A stretch of 64,000 nt of DNA from Welwitschia mirabilis (lineage: Eukaryota), in NCBI GenBank assembly GCA_051453625.1, contig JBOZIK010000001.1, positions 4,052,123 to 4,116,122 of the forward strand, in the 5' to 3' direction. Shown here piece after piece: positions 12,150-25,513 of the stretch (positions are counted from its first letter, which is position 1; each line of letters opens with the position of its first letter). Made by a program: the position numbers and the translations under genes. Below the pieces are notes generated by a model. It did no database searches, was not told where the DNA came from, and was given only the letters and a program-made list of their open reading frames with translations.

Positions 12150-14900
12150 TCACCTCATTGTTAATCCAATTTTAGATTAAAAATGCTATAACTTCTTTTA
12201 ACCAAGTGATTAAGTAAGGATATCAGTAGTTTACTTTATTATTAAATAGTATATAGAAATACTAACTTTATTTTATATGAGTTCCCTAATTTTTTGAACC
12301 CCAATATGAAAATGTTTTATCTTGTCATGGAAACGAGATCTTTTTTATGTAAATTGCTAACTAACTATTGATGAAGAGCTCTATCTACTTTTAATAATTT
12401 TCTTAGCCATTTAATTTCTTTACATGCTTTAAAATAGTTGTTTATTCTTTCTTAGTAGAATATTGTGCTATAGTCTTTTAATGATTTGATTGCTAAGATA
12501 GGAATGATGTCCCTAAGAACATAATATACCCTGATGTTGACAATGAAGTATTAGTTTCTCAAACAAAATCAAAATTAGATTATTCCTTTAGGATTTATTA
12601 AGATTAGTTTTATAGGATAGAACTAAATATTTAGTCTTTTTAAAATATCTTAATACATGTTTTATAACATTTAGATGAATTATATTAGATTCATGAAGAT
12701 ATCTTAATAATACATGAACAACATATGATATGTATAGTCTACTACAAGTTACATAAATCAGAATTCCTACTATTCTTCTATATTTAGTTTTCTTTATGGA
12801 ATTTGGATCTTCATCAGTAGATATCTTGGCATATTACTCTAAATGTGTTATGGCTTTTTTTGCATTAATTTTAAACTTCTAGATTAGATCTCTAATATAA
12901 TCTTTTTATGTTAAGAATAATCCATATTTTACTAAATAATTTTTAGACCTATGTAGAATCTAGTAAATCTAAGATTAAAAATCTTGAATGCCTTACTTAA
13001 GGCAATTTTTGCTCTTTTTACATCTTCTTCATCACTTTTCATTATCAACATATCATCTACATATACCACTATGTATTTAAATTTTTACTCATTAAATTTT
13101 ATGAATCTTATTGCATTTAGGTCTTAATAATCTAATAATCTAAATCCAATAGAATTTAAATAACTTATAAGCTTTGCATACTAAGTTGTTAGTGCTTGTT
13201 TTAGCTCATATAGAGACTTGATTAGTCTTCATACCTTATGTTCTTTGACCTTTAATTTAAATCCATTTGATTTTATTATGTAAATTTTCTCTTTTAGATA
13301 TCCATTAATAAATTTAGTCTTTATGTTTAACAGATGAAGGTTTCATCCTCTTTATACTACTAAGGAAATCACTATTTTGATGGTATCGCATTTCACTATC
13401 CAAGTAAAAGCTTTATTATAATCAAGTCCTTTGTTCTATTATAATCTTATAGAAATAAGCCAATGTTTATATCAATCAAGGGTATTGTTTGCATTATATT
13501 TTTTTAATAGAAAACCTATTTATTATGCACCATAATAAAAGCTCTAAGAACTCTTATGTATCATTTACAATAAAACTATTGTATTCTTCTTACATGAATT
13601 TTATCTAATGATCATGTTGAATGACATTTTTAAATAAGGTACTTCCACCATCAAGTGTCAAGTGGACATTATGATCATCATCATGATGAGATTTATGCAA
13701 GTCATATCTTATTCATTTTTACCTTTTGCATCATTATGAATATCTTAGAAAGTAAAATATAGCTAAGTATTTCAGTGTTATCTTTGGATAATGTTAATGT
13801 ATTTAGTCAGAGAACCTATTAAATTAATTTTAGAACTATGATCAATCATGTAAAAAGTATCAAATTACTCAATTTCTATAAGTTTCAAATAGACATACTA
13901 AAAGAATGAATTGGAACATCTCCCTCTTAACCATAGGAAATTAATCATTCAATATAATTACTAGGTTAGAGAAAGAACAAAAATTTGAAGGATCAAAATA
14001 AGAATCATTATTCAAAGTTTCTATGAATATAACAACATAAGAAATACACTTGATAACTCTCTTAGTTATTGGGTGTTCTAGAAAGAAGCTAATGCAAGCA
14101 TGTGCTCCAAATTTATTTTAATGTTTGCTTAAGATATGGATGTATCACTTGTAATGAAAAATATGAAAACGATGCAACTTTGTCTTGTATTCATATCACT
14201 TTTTAACTGGAGATATTCCATTTCTAGTATATTAACTAATACAATTATTGAGATGTACTACTGTGTTTACTACTTAATTTTAAAGGTAGGTCTTTTAACA
14301 ACTAAAACAAATTATGAAACATACTATATCCATGATAGTATAATTAAATCACTTAACAATGTTATTTTGTTGAGATATCCCTAGATAGATATTTAAATGT
14401 TAAATTTATTCAAAAGAAAGTAAGTCTTTAAACTCAACAGATGTATATTCCTCATCATTATTTGAGTGGAAACTTTTAATTTAATAGTTAGCTTGATTTT
14501 TCCTTTTCTTTTAAAATTATTAAAAATATCCAAAGTTGTGATTTAAACCATTTGAATAAAGAATATAAACTAATAAAATTCATGAAGAGTAGAAACTGAC
14601 ATAGGTCCACACAGATTACCATGAATAAGAAAAAGCTTTTGATTAGCATGCCACTTCCTTGGTGAAAAATACTATTTGGCTAGTTTCCCTATAATACATT
14701 CTTCAAATGAGGAAAATCCCATGGAATGGATAGAAGAAGTGGATGGACTATAACACCAAAAAAATTAATATTTATATGAAGGAATTAAGGCCTTATTAGC
14801 ATGTTTAATTAATCATCATAAATGTTTTATGCATTTCTTATTCTTAAGATCATGAAAATCCTATTTTGCTAATAATTTGCCTTAACACTATCATTTTGCA
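12150..14900 (-). pseudogene. pol: Decayed Ty1/Copia pol (GAG-pre-integrase, integrase, RT, RNase H)
   Basis: Minus-strand translations: LIHGNLCGPMSVS (integrase, about 14595-14630); GLDYNKAF (about 13410-13430); HKV*RLIKSLYELKQALTT*YAK (about 13171-13240); YIVVYVDDMLI (YVDD at 13052-13063); RFHDKIKHFHIGVQKIRELI (RNase H, about 12277-12336). INT-RT-RH order is Copia. Confidence 0.9.
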
Positions 14901-15499
14901 AGATAAATAAGTCATCACAAGTATTATGATAGAAGATAGAGGTACGTTGAACATAATTAGCAGTGGCATGAGTCTTAAGCATGATAATACTAAGTGATTT
15001 GAGTAGAATAGTATCCTACTTATGTTTCTAAATTCTCTTGATACAATTAATTCATTTATATCATTTTGTAAGATAAATAAGGGATATTTTCTAAGAAGAA
15101 CCCCTCAATTGAGGTTAACAACTAAAGAATTATTTTATGTACTTTGGGCATTTTTTAGAATAACCCCATCAGGCCTTGTAAAATCTTAATTACAATAATT
15201 CTGCCCTATAAGTACCCTACCTTTCCTAAGTTGGAAACATTAGTTCATATCATATCATTGAAGACTTAGTTATGAACTCTTCTAAGCCTTCCATAGGGAT
15301 GGACTAGCTATCAAGCTAGCATAATACCTTTTGGTTTAGCATGAGTATATTTTTATACTGTATACTTTTACTTTTTAGATAATAAAATGTTACATGTTTT
15401 TCATGCATTACATTGATATCAAGTTATAATGTCAAACTTGTTATGTTTGGGATTTCCTAAGGTATGTTATTACTTTAAGATCTATTTTTTAATTTTCCT

Positions 15500-16006
15500 T
15501 TTTATTCTAGCTTATATAACTTGAATATTTATTTAATGTATATTAGGAGAACCCTACTTTTCATGCTAATTTTATTCTTATTGTGAAGGATGGGTGGTTT
15601 GATTATATCACACTCATGTCTATGATGGATGCAATTATGCCATTGTACTTGAGGTTGAATTAGATGATCACTCAAGTAAAGATATATGGTTTTACTTTAA
15701 GTATTTATGATTTTTCTTGAATTTCTATATTAATTTAAATGCTATGTTTCATTCCTAGATCTCATATATTATTTCACTTCTTATTACTCATTACTATTAT
15801 GCTTGCTTTACTGATATCTTTTATAATCTATCTCTATAGAAGAATGATACTAGGATCATACCAAAAATAGAAGTCCTATTATTGGTAAAAGTTGGACTTG
15901 ATCATGTGAGTCCCTAGGATGATCTAGCTATTTACCATATATTAGTGATAGACACAAGCATAGTTATATTTTACTGTAAACAACTTCTTGGTGTTGTTGC
16001 CATGAA
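15500..16006 (+). mobile_element. Athila-like LTR 3' part plus tRNA-Asp PBS (fragment), followed by a pyrimidine-rich 5' UTR
   Basis: LTR end ...ttactgtaaaca at 15982, PBS tggtgttgttgccatgaa at 15989-16006. ctatagaagaatgatactagg resembles ctatgaaagaatgatactaag in the element A LTR. Start approximate. Confidence 0.6.
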
Positions 16007-17560
16007 TAGATGGCATAGTAGCTATAGTATGACATGCACATTTAATTTTAGTTTTTTTGATTTTTTTAGTTATTTTATTTTACATTGGTTCTATTCCAGT
16101 TCTCCTTTATTTTATTTTATTTTTTTAGGTTTGCTTCTCTTCTTTTTCCTTTTTTCTCTTATTCTATTTTTATTTTTCTTTCTTTTCTTTTCTTTTTATT
16201 TTCTCTTCTCTTTCATTTTATTTTTTTCTGCAAAAATTCTTATAATAATATATGAATTTTTTTAAAGAAGTTGATATTTTACATATTTAAAGAAAAGAAA
16301 TCAAGAAAAATAAGAAAACGGTTTTTATTATTTTCCTATCCATCTTCTTTTTCTATCATTTCTTCTCTCTTCTATTTTCTTATTTATATCAAGTAACTTT
16401 CTTAGTATTTACTTGAAGATACATTTATTAAAAGGACTTTATTAGAAAAAGATCTTAAAAAGTTCTTTAATACTTGCATTATTTATTTTTGCGATTTTCA
16501 TTTCTTGCATTGCATTACATTGTATTTTCATTATTGCATTAGCCCTTCCTAGTACCTGCATTAGTTATTATCTATCAGTCAACCAATCTAGTTTTTTATC
16601 TTAAACTATAGTTTTCCTGAGAGCTTACTATCATTTTATTTGAAGCATCTTTTTTCCATCCTACTAGCATCACTGCTTTCCCTCACTAGTGCTACTGACT
16701 TCTTGTGTCAGAAAGTTTTCATCTTTGATAAATCAAACATATATATTATCTTAATATCTTTCACACACCACATTCATTGATAGAGTTCACATACATTATA
16801 ATCTCACTCTTNNNNNNNNNNNNNNNNNNNNNNNNNNNNNNNNNNNNNNNNNNNNNNNNNNNNNNNNNNNNNNNNNNNNNNNNNNNNNNNNNNNNNNNNN
16901 NNNNNNNNNNNGATGAGAAAACTTTATTGGAATTAGAACTCTTGTCTATGAGATCTTGGATTGAATCTAAGAGTGTTATTATTTGTATTGATTATTCCTC
17001 CTTAAGATTTTGGTATGCATTCATGTTTTTTAATACTTTCTTAATATCATTCTTCTTATTTCATCTATTATGTATGACACATTTATCATTCTAATCTTAT
17101 GCTTTTGTTGACACACTTTTGCATATATGCTATTTAAATTTTTTGATGATCAAAATCTCTTTACATGACAATAGCAAAATTTTTATTTAGTTATAATATA
17201 GTGATTGGTACAAATTTGAACTTCATTTTTTAAAAATGGCACATTTTTGTAAGTATATTATAATGTTGAAATTATGAAATGTTTATGTATACATAGGTGA
17301 ATGACAAATACAATGATTTATCATCCCTTTTTGTATATTTTGCAAAGCTGCTTAAGTAAATATAAAATGTGTCTTCATATGGTTTTTTAAGTGGTATACA
17401 TATCTAAGTGACTTTATGATTTCAAGTGACACATATCATGTTTATTACAACTAATAATTAATATGCATTTCACTAGAATAAAATGTTTGATTTTAATTAA
17501 GTAGTTAAGATTGCATAATGAGATTTGCTAAGTTTTGAACATCATCAAAAAGGAGGATAT

Positions 17561-19170
17561 TGTTGGAAAATCTAGTTTTGATGATTTCACTTGTCAAATA
17601 TTTTATGTCGTTATGTAGACAAGTAAATGCAAAGAAAATTAAATCATTATAAGCATAAGTCAATGTCAAAACTTTAAAGATAATATCTCATGAAAAGGAT
17701 TAGAATTGAAATTCCAAATCAATTATCTAAAAACATCTATAAAATGGAAGACATATATGGTAAAGACATCTAAACACTTGAAGAGATCTATGATGAATAT
17801 GTTTATATCTTAAAGACATCTCTGACATACCAACTTTTAGGTCACAATTTAAAGATAGCTATTTCATCAAAGACAACTATGCTAAAATTTGGATCTAACA
17901 CTAGTAAAGGATGTCTACATGTTTGAAGATGTCTATGCTAAGTTGAAATAGAGAATACAGTTATTTTATACATTAATTAATATTTTATTTTTCATTTGAG
18001 CTATCAACTTTTACATCATGGATTCATGATCATGAAGGCCTAAGGATTATACAGAGTAAGTTTTATCAAAATCTAGGCAAGTTTATAGAAGACATCTATA
18101 AGGTAAAGACATTGATTCTTAGTAGATGTCTATAAAAGTGAAGATGTCTTAGACCAAAGTTCATGTCAATAAAATTAAAGATACACATCTGATGCCTAGA
18201 AATTTTCTATCCATTGCATGATGGTTACAAAGTTAAATGGCTACCTTTCAAGATAAAATAATTGAATTCTCTTCTATTGTATAAAGGCTTAACATCATAA
18301 AACAAATCACAACTTTTGAAACTTTAATAAATAAATAGGTCTTAAAATTTTGGCACTTAAATATTAGGTCAAATCTAGAATGAAGATCACATGAGTGAAA
18401 GTAACATCTCACAATGATTAAAAGCATCATTTACAAAAGAGCTAGCATTACTACATCATTTGATCTTAGATTTTACATTACTTAATCATTCATTTGTACT
18501 CGTGATGACTACACAAATAGGTAACTCAAGTATTCTTAAAAGCTACATTGTTATACTTGTTCTTGTATTGTATTTTTATTTATATACTATTGGATTATCT
18601 TATTATTGAATATTGTTATAAGTCCATTATTGAATCAATCTCTTTATAAGGAAACTTTTGTATAGGTATACATTTGAGTTAGTATTTGTGAACACTTGCT
18701 TTATTGTAAGATTAGTAATAAGCTATAGAACCATTATTTCCTTATGAGGGAGAGAGTGTTGTCTTGTAAAGAAAATCTCACTATTGTAAGTTTCATGGTG
18801 CATCTATGAAAACCACTATTTCCTTATAGGGAAGAGAGTACTGCTTTGCAAGGAGACTCTCACTATTGTAAGGTTGATGATGCACCTATGAAAACCACTA
18901 TTTCCTTGTGAGAGGAGAGTGCTACCTTGTAAGGAGATTCTAATTTATTAGAAGGTTAGTAATGTGCTAGAAAACCACTATTTTCTTGCAAATTAAGAAT
19001 ATATAGAGCTATGAGTAGAAGCTACCCTTTATGTATGGACGTACCCAAGTTAAGGAAACACATTATCTCAGTAAGGTATTTTATTATGCATATTTCACTC
19101 TATTGTTAGCTTAAATTTTTTATTTTATAAAACTCATTCACCCCTCCCCCTTTGAGTTAAATGATCTTCA
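17561..19170 (+). repeat. Sirevirus LTR (1610 bp)
   Basis: TGTTGG...CTTCA termini; palindromic repeated motifs at 17730-18200; TATA-like ataaatagg at about 18331; C-rich integrase signal attcacccctccccc at 19136-19150. Confidence 0.85.
18702..18992 (+). repeat. Tandem repeat of about 80-82 bp x about 3.5 in the Sirevirus LTR
   Basis: Units start at about 18702, 18782, 18864 and 18945; consensus tattgtaaggtt.atg.tgcacctatgaaaaccactatttcctt.tgagaggagagtgct.ccttgtaaggagactctcac. Confidence 0.85.
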
Positions 19171-19172
19171 AG

Positions 19173-19184
19173 TGGTATTAGAGT
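19173..19184 (+). promoter_or_regulatory. PBS complementary to initiator tRNA-Met
   Basis: tggtattagagt vs canonical tggtatcagagc, 2 nt after the LTR end. Confidence 0.85.
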
Positions 19185-19222
19185 GTGTTCTCATGAAAAT
19201 AAGTAACTTTCTTAAGTGAACA

Positions 19223-20990
19223 ATGGAAGGGATGTCATTCATTAGACCTCTTCTCTTTGATATGACAAACTATGCCTATTGGAAGATGAGGATCCAGATG
19301 TATGTATAGTCTTTTGAGTTTTAGGTATGGCAAAGCATAGAAGAAGGTTATTTAGATCCTACAGAAACCACAACAGATGTTACTAGTAATACTGTCACAA
19401 AGATTAAGTGAATAAAGGATTAGTAAGACAAAGAAAAAGCCACTTTCATTCATGATTCTAAAGCTAAAAATGAAATTTATTGTGCTTTATCTATAAGAGT
19501 GTAAACTAGAAAGTTGCAAGACAACACAAAAAATTTGAAATGTTATAGTTGAAACATATTAAAGAACTTCTATTATAAAACAATCAAATCTTTTAATATG
19601 GCCAAATCAATTTAAGAATCTCAAGATAAACTATAAAGAAAGAATTCAAGAGTACTTTACTAGAGTTTTCAACATTGTGAATGCAATACATGGTAGTAGA
19701 GAATGTCTTCTAGAATGAAAGGTAATATAAAAGGTTGTTAAATCACTAACCCTTAAATGTAGTCCCAAGACTACAGCTATGAAATGATCAAGAAATTTCA
19801 ACACCATAAAGGTAGAAGAGATACAAAGTGCTCTAATAGCTTATGAGATGAATATCATATAATATGGAGCCTTGAAAGAAACACCTATTGGTCTTAAGAA
19901 AAGTAAAATAAAAAATAAAGTTTAAAAGAAAAGGTAAAGGAAGAATAAGAGGAAGATAACTTTGATGATGAAGTAAATGAGGAGCTAGCACTTATCACAA
20001 GAAAAGTAAAAAGACTACTTTCATACAAGTAAAACAAAAGAGATGAATTTAGAAGACCATCTAGTTTTCAAATGAAAGGTAATTTCAAAGATAAGTCTTT
20101 AAGTAATACTTCTTTTTCTAATGTTTCCAAAATAGAATGTTAGGTAATTGGAGGAAGAGGACATATTTCCTTGAAATGTCCAAGTGCTCATAGAATGCAA
20201 TATAAAGAAAAAAAAAAGAAAAATAAAAATAAATCATTCTTTAGGGGACCTGATGATGATGAAGAAGCAATGGAAGAAGAAACATCTAATGATGAAAAAG
20301 CACATCCTTCCTACATGGCTATTGCACACTTTCAAGATAAAGGTGATGAGTCAAAAGAGGAATATGCTTCAAAAAGTAAATATGACACAGGTATGAGTCT
20401 CCAACAAAGGTATGATCTAATTTCTAAAGAATTTATTAAATTGTGAAAATTATTTACTAAGATGAAAAAGCCATTTAATACTCATGAAGAAGCATATGAA
20501 AAAGGAAACAATGCTTGCAACAAGTTATCCTCTAAAATCTTATCTCTTAAAGCTAAGGTTAATAGACTAATATGTGATTTAAAGAATATAAAATAAGAAC
20601 TTTCAGATTTAAAAAAAATTAATGAAAGGTTTACATAAGGAAAGGAGACTTTGAATTTCATGCTTGGACAATGTAGAAATTCCAATGACAAAAGTGACTT
20701 GGATCATAATGAAGCCATAATTAGCACTTCAACTTCCTTAATTAATAAATAGAATTATAGATTAAGGTATGAATATTTAGCATTTACAAATAACATCATT
20801 TGCTTTTATTATCATAAAAGAGGCCATTACCAATATTAGATGTAAATGAAATACAAAAGTAAATATTATACTAATAATGCCAAGAGACTTATTAGAATGG
20901 TACAATATTTTGTGCAGGAAAAACAAAGAAAAGTATGGATATCAAATGAGAAAATGACACTTTTAGCATAAACTATCTTATAAGGTACTT
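19223..20990 (+). pseudogene. gag: Sirevirus extended Gag (decayed)
   Basis: Starts MEGMSFIRPLLFDMTNYAYWKMRIQMYV (cf. RPPLFDGTNYAYWK). Zinc knuckle EC*VIGGRGHISLKCPS at about 20135-20185, acidic/coiled-coil stretch, second knuckle IICFYYHKRGH at about 20795-20827. Stops near VWISNEK...LA just before the expected protease. Confidence 0.85.
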
Positions 20991-21198
20991 CTAATTAAAT
21001 TAAGTATTTGTTTAGCAAAACAAAAGAAGTAAGATATTATAATGAAAATAAGGACTTAATTAAAAATGACTTAATAAACACAAAATACATAATAAAGAAA
21101 TTACAATGTAATATACTAATGATATTCTTAGCAATGTAATAACAAAACCTCAAGACACTCAAATATATATAAAGCAAAGTAGAAACTTAGATATTGGA

Positions 21199-23016
21199 TG
21201 TTGTAGTATGTATTTATGTAATGGTTTTATCTTTAAGAAAATCCTATCAATCACACATATTTACACAACACACACATATTTGCATAACACACACACACTA
21301 CTATAGATGAAACTAAACCCAAATATCATAATCCATTAAAGGAACTAGGCTTAAAGTTAGAGAATTGATTTCAAGTAAAGTATGTTTGTTTTTTTTTTTT
21401 TGTTTAGGTTTAAATGAAAAGAATGATATAAGAAAATAATACACTACTGCAATGCAAATAAAAACTACTCTAAATGAAATATCTATCTAACTACCAAATC
21501 TTCCTATCATAAATATTATCTCTACATAACCTAGATCAATCAAGGATATTATCACTAATCCTAATGAGCCTAAGCTATTAGATATGTCAAATAGAATATA
21601 AAAAACATGCAATNNNNNNNNNNNNNNNNNNNNNNNNNNNNNNNNNNNNNNNNNNNNNNNNNNNNNNNNNNNNNNNNNNNNNNNNNNNNNNNNNNNNNNN
21701 NNNNNNNNNNNNNNNNNNNNNNNNNNNNNNNNNNNNNNNNNNNNNNNNNNNNNNNNNNNNNNNNNNNNNNNNNNNNNNNNNNNNNNNNNNNNNNNNNNNN
21801 NNNNNNNNNNNNNNNNNNNNNNNNNNNNNNNNNNNNNNNNNNNNNNNNNNNNNNNNNNNNNNNNNNNNNNNNNNNNNNNNNNNNNNNNNNNNNNNNNNNN
21901 NNNNNNNNNNNNNNNNNNNNNNNNNNNNNNNNNNNNNNNNNNNNNNNNNNNNNNNNNNNNNNNNNNNNNNNNNNNNNTTACTATCATAAATATTATCTCT
22001 ACATAAACTAGATCAATCAAGGATATTATCACTAATCCTAATGAGACTAAGCTATTAGATATGTCAAATAGAATATAAAAAACATGCAATAATTAAGCTA
22101 TAAAATGTAAAATGCAATATAATACAAAACCTAAGCTAATGAATTCAACCTTAATAAAGTTTGGCTTTGATGATCTATCCAACATGCTTCCCTCACCCCC
22201 ACACAACATCCATAACATGCTTACCTTGCTACTAATTAATACTTGTACCAACTATTAAGTTGTTATCCAATCATAAATAATATAAACCGTAAGGGAGATG
22301 CACATGAATAAAAATTAAAGAAACTTTTTATTAATATAAAATCAACATTCTATTATAAAAAAGTAGTACCTTAATGAAGGATACACAACCTAACACCAAG
22401 GAAGATCCCTCTCTATAACAATGGATGGACCTTATATTATTTAATCTCCTTTCATAAGATTTTTAGATGCCTGATAAGATAAAACTCAGAGGGAGGATGA
22501 ATGAGGTATTTATTACAATCAAAAACCCTAAAAATAGTAAATCTAACAAATGCAATATAAACCATAATTATGTATAAGAGGTACATAAACATTGCATAAG
22601 GTAGGTAAAGTTTGATGCATTAACTAAAATAAGTGTCATCCTAACTATTATTTGGATGATGCTAGGGATAATACCACATCAAGAGAGGTTCTGCATTAGA
22701 TTTCATATTTGATCCAATTAGCATTCTTATCAACATACATGTGTTATTTTCTGTACTATCATCCTAACAATGAAGGGGATAATAGTCTTTTAAAGCTATT
22801 TAATTAAGTTAAATTGGTCTTGAAGATGATTAACTCCTCCTTAGAATGTGAGTATTAAAAATAATCCAAAATGCCTGAAAATATGCTATGATTGCATATT
22901 TCCATGATTTTTTCCTTGATTATCAATAATCACTAATTTCCACTTAAACCTGTTTCAATGTCCTACAAAACTACTTAAAATACCCCATAAAAAACACATA
23001 ATTTGGCATTGCAATG
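21199..23016 (-). repeat. 3' LTR of B1 (length inflated by a gap with duplicated flanks)
   Basis: Begins tgttgtagtatgtatttatg like the other family LTR termini; no PBS adjacent; PPT at the other end. Confidence 0.8.
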
Positions 23017-25445
23017 TGGTTCCCACTTAGTCTTATTAGTCCCTAATAAACTAAGTGAATAATTATAATTACAAGTTAAATTAACTAAGATAAACATTAA
23101 CTAGAAAAATGTAAATCAAGTTAATAAATCTTACTATGCAGGATCAAATCTTAAAATCTAATAAACTGAATGTTTTATCTTGAAAGATAATTTGACCATG
23201 ATGTCATCTAATATGTCATTCAAACAATTATAAGGATGATAATATTTTAAAAATTATAGTATAAAATCAAAATGCTTGTAATTATTCTAATAATAAAACA
23301 AGATCAAAACCTTTACTAGTGCATTATCCCCCACTTAAGAAATTTAGCACATTAAAAAATAGATATTAAATGTCATAACAAAAAGAATCATCATAAGATA
23401 TAACCATGATAACTTTGATAATGATGTGCATATATAATCAAAAAGAATAATAACTCAAAAACGATATTCATAAATCAAACATTGAGTTTTTAAACATAAT
23501 ACATGAGGGTAAATACATTAAAGATAATCATAACCTTATTCCCTTCATCCATGGTTTCTTGAATTACTTGGGCTGCATCTACAAGAAAAAACCTGCAAGT
23601 ATGCTGCTATCAAGTATATGGTTTACTAAGTAATATTCATAATGCATATCACTTAAATAATAGATAATCATAATTGAACTGGTACATTATAGAAATGTAT
23701 TTTGAAAATTCATAAATGACCTTTATAATTTAAAAATTTTACTTAAAGTATCTCAAAATATAAGTTCTATTCCCCTCACAGGTGAATGAATATGTCTTGC
23801 ATTACGTTAGCATAAGAAGAAAAAGACCAATACATAATTTAACTTCATACAAGTAATATGAGAGGGCCTTATAATAGTAGTCTTTATGTGAAAGAAGGAT
23901 TAGAAATAGTCAGAAAAAGATGAAAAATAGAAAAGATGATTCATTAAAACATCTTAGTCTTTCATCCTTTGTGTTATCTATATGATAAGGTGGATGATCA
24001 AATTTTTTAAAAGATCAAAAAAAAAAAAAAAAAAACCATGAGTAGAATAGGTTAGGATGAGATGGAATCATGAAGTTTATGAAAGTTATTAGAAAGTCTG
24101 AGAGATGGTAAATGACTAAGAATTATGATGAATAAGGCTTTAAATGAGGATAGTTCAAGGTTAAAGAAAGAAGTATGATGATAAGGCATTNNNNNNNNNN
24201 NNNNNNNNNNNNNNNNNNNNNNNNNNNNNNNNNNNNNNNNNNNNNNNNNNNNNNNNNNNNNNNNNNNNNNNNNNNNNNNNNNNNNNNNNNNNNNNNNNNN
24301 NNNNNNNNNNNNNNNNNNNNNNNNNNNNNNNNNNNNNNNNNNNNNNNNNNNNNNNNNNNNNNNNNNNNNNNNNNNNNNNNNNNNNNNNNNNNNNNNNNNN
24401 NNNNNNNNNNNNNNNNNNNNNNNNNNNNNNNNNNNNNNNNNNNNNNNNNNNNNNNNNNNNNNNNNNNNNNNNNNNNNNNNNNNNNNNNNNNNNNNNNNNN
24501 NNNNNNNNNNNNNNNNNNNNNNNNNNNNNNNNNNNNNNNNNNNNNNNNNNNNNNNNNNNAATAAGTAGGAAAAATCATTGCTAAAGAAAATCAGCAAATA
24601 TTCCTAAAATCAAAATCATATAAAAATGTTAAATATATATCAAAACTCAAAAAGATGCTAAAAGAATAAATGGGAAAAATTATCATTGAAGAACATCACA
24701 AACTAACATAATGTCTTATATTAAAATACTAAAATTAAGTTAACCTTAAAATAAAAAGCATGAGTAAAAATAAAAATTAATAAGAAAACTACTAAATGAT
24801 CAATTCCTAAGTATTTGTGATTAAAAAGTATAAAAATAACTTTGAAATACTAAATAAAATAATTAATAAAAATAAAATAAAAATGGATAACTAAGAACAT
24901 GAAGAACATTATATACCTACCCTAAATTCGAACCTAGTAAACCCCCTTAGAAGAAATCATAAAATCACTTGATTAATAATTCATGACATAATGCAAAAAC
25001 TTCATAAAGTACCACTTAAATAGGCAATGATTATGATGATGCCAAGTAACTAATGCTTCTAATTAATGAATGATAAGATTAAAGGATACTTAGAAATAGA
25101 CTCACCTATTCACATCCTAAGATACATCTAAATCCTTAAAAGTGAAATGATCATATGGGAGTATTGTATGCTCAATAAGTATAGAAATCAAGTAATACCT
25201 CTAATAACACCAAGAACACCACTAATTCCAAAGCCTCAAAATGATAATTATTTTTCCATGATGAATGGAGTGTAACCATAGTCATAGAAGTAAGGACTTG
25301 TAATGCATGACCAACTAACCCCTAAGTGGAGTTCCCATAGCTACCAACACTACTAAATATTTCTCTTGGAAAAATTTACCCTATATGGTAGGAAATCATG
25401 GTAACCATGTATTTAACATAAAAACAATAGATTATGATCATTATT

Positions 25446-25513
25446 TCTCTCTCCCTCCCCTCTCTCTCTTTCTCTCTCTCCACACACACACACACACACA
25501 TACACAGACACAC
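25446..25513. repeat. Compound (CT)n(CA)n microsatellite in the B1 3' UTR
   Basis: Seen directly in the sequence. Confidence 0.9.

Larger units (their letters stand above)
16912..21000 (+). mobile_element. Sirevirus (SIRE, Ty1/Copia) segment: 3' non-coding region, PPT, LTR, PBS, gag; truncated before the protease
   Basis: PPT context catcatcaaaaaggaggatat|tgttgg, C-rich LTR end, tRNA-iMet PBS and a SIRE-type extended gag. Confidence 0.85.

Noticed and set aside
14885-15082. Short direct repeat tcattttg[c/t]aagataaataag
   Set aside because: About 21 bp local duplication at the broken 5' end of the Copia remnant; no evidence of function.
15945-16265. Hydrophobic 106-aa ORF resembling a membrane protein
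   Set aside because: Phe/Leu richness comes from a T/C-rich low-complexity 5' UTR just downstream of a PBS.
21500-22090. Direct repeat of about 110 bp flanking the N gap
   Set aside because: Near-identical copies on both sides of a gap indicate an unmerged contig overlap (assembly artefact).
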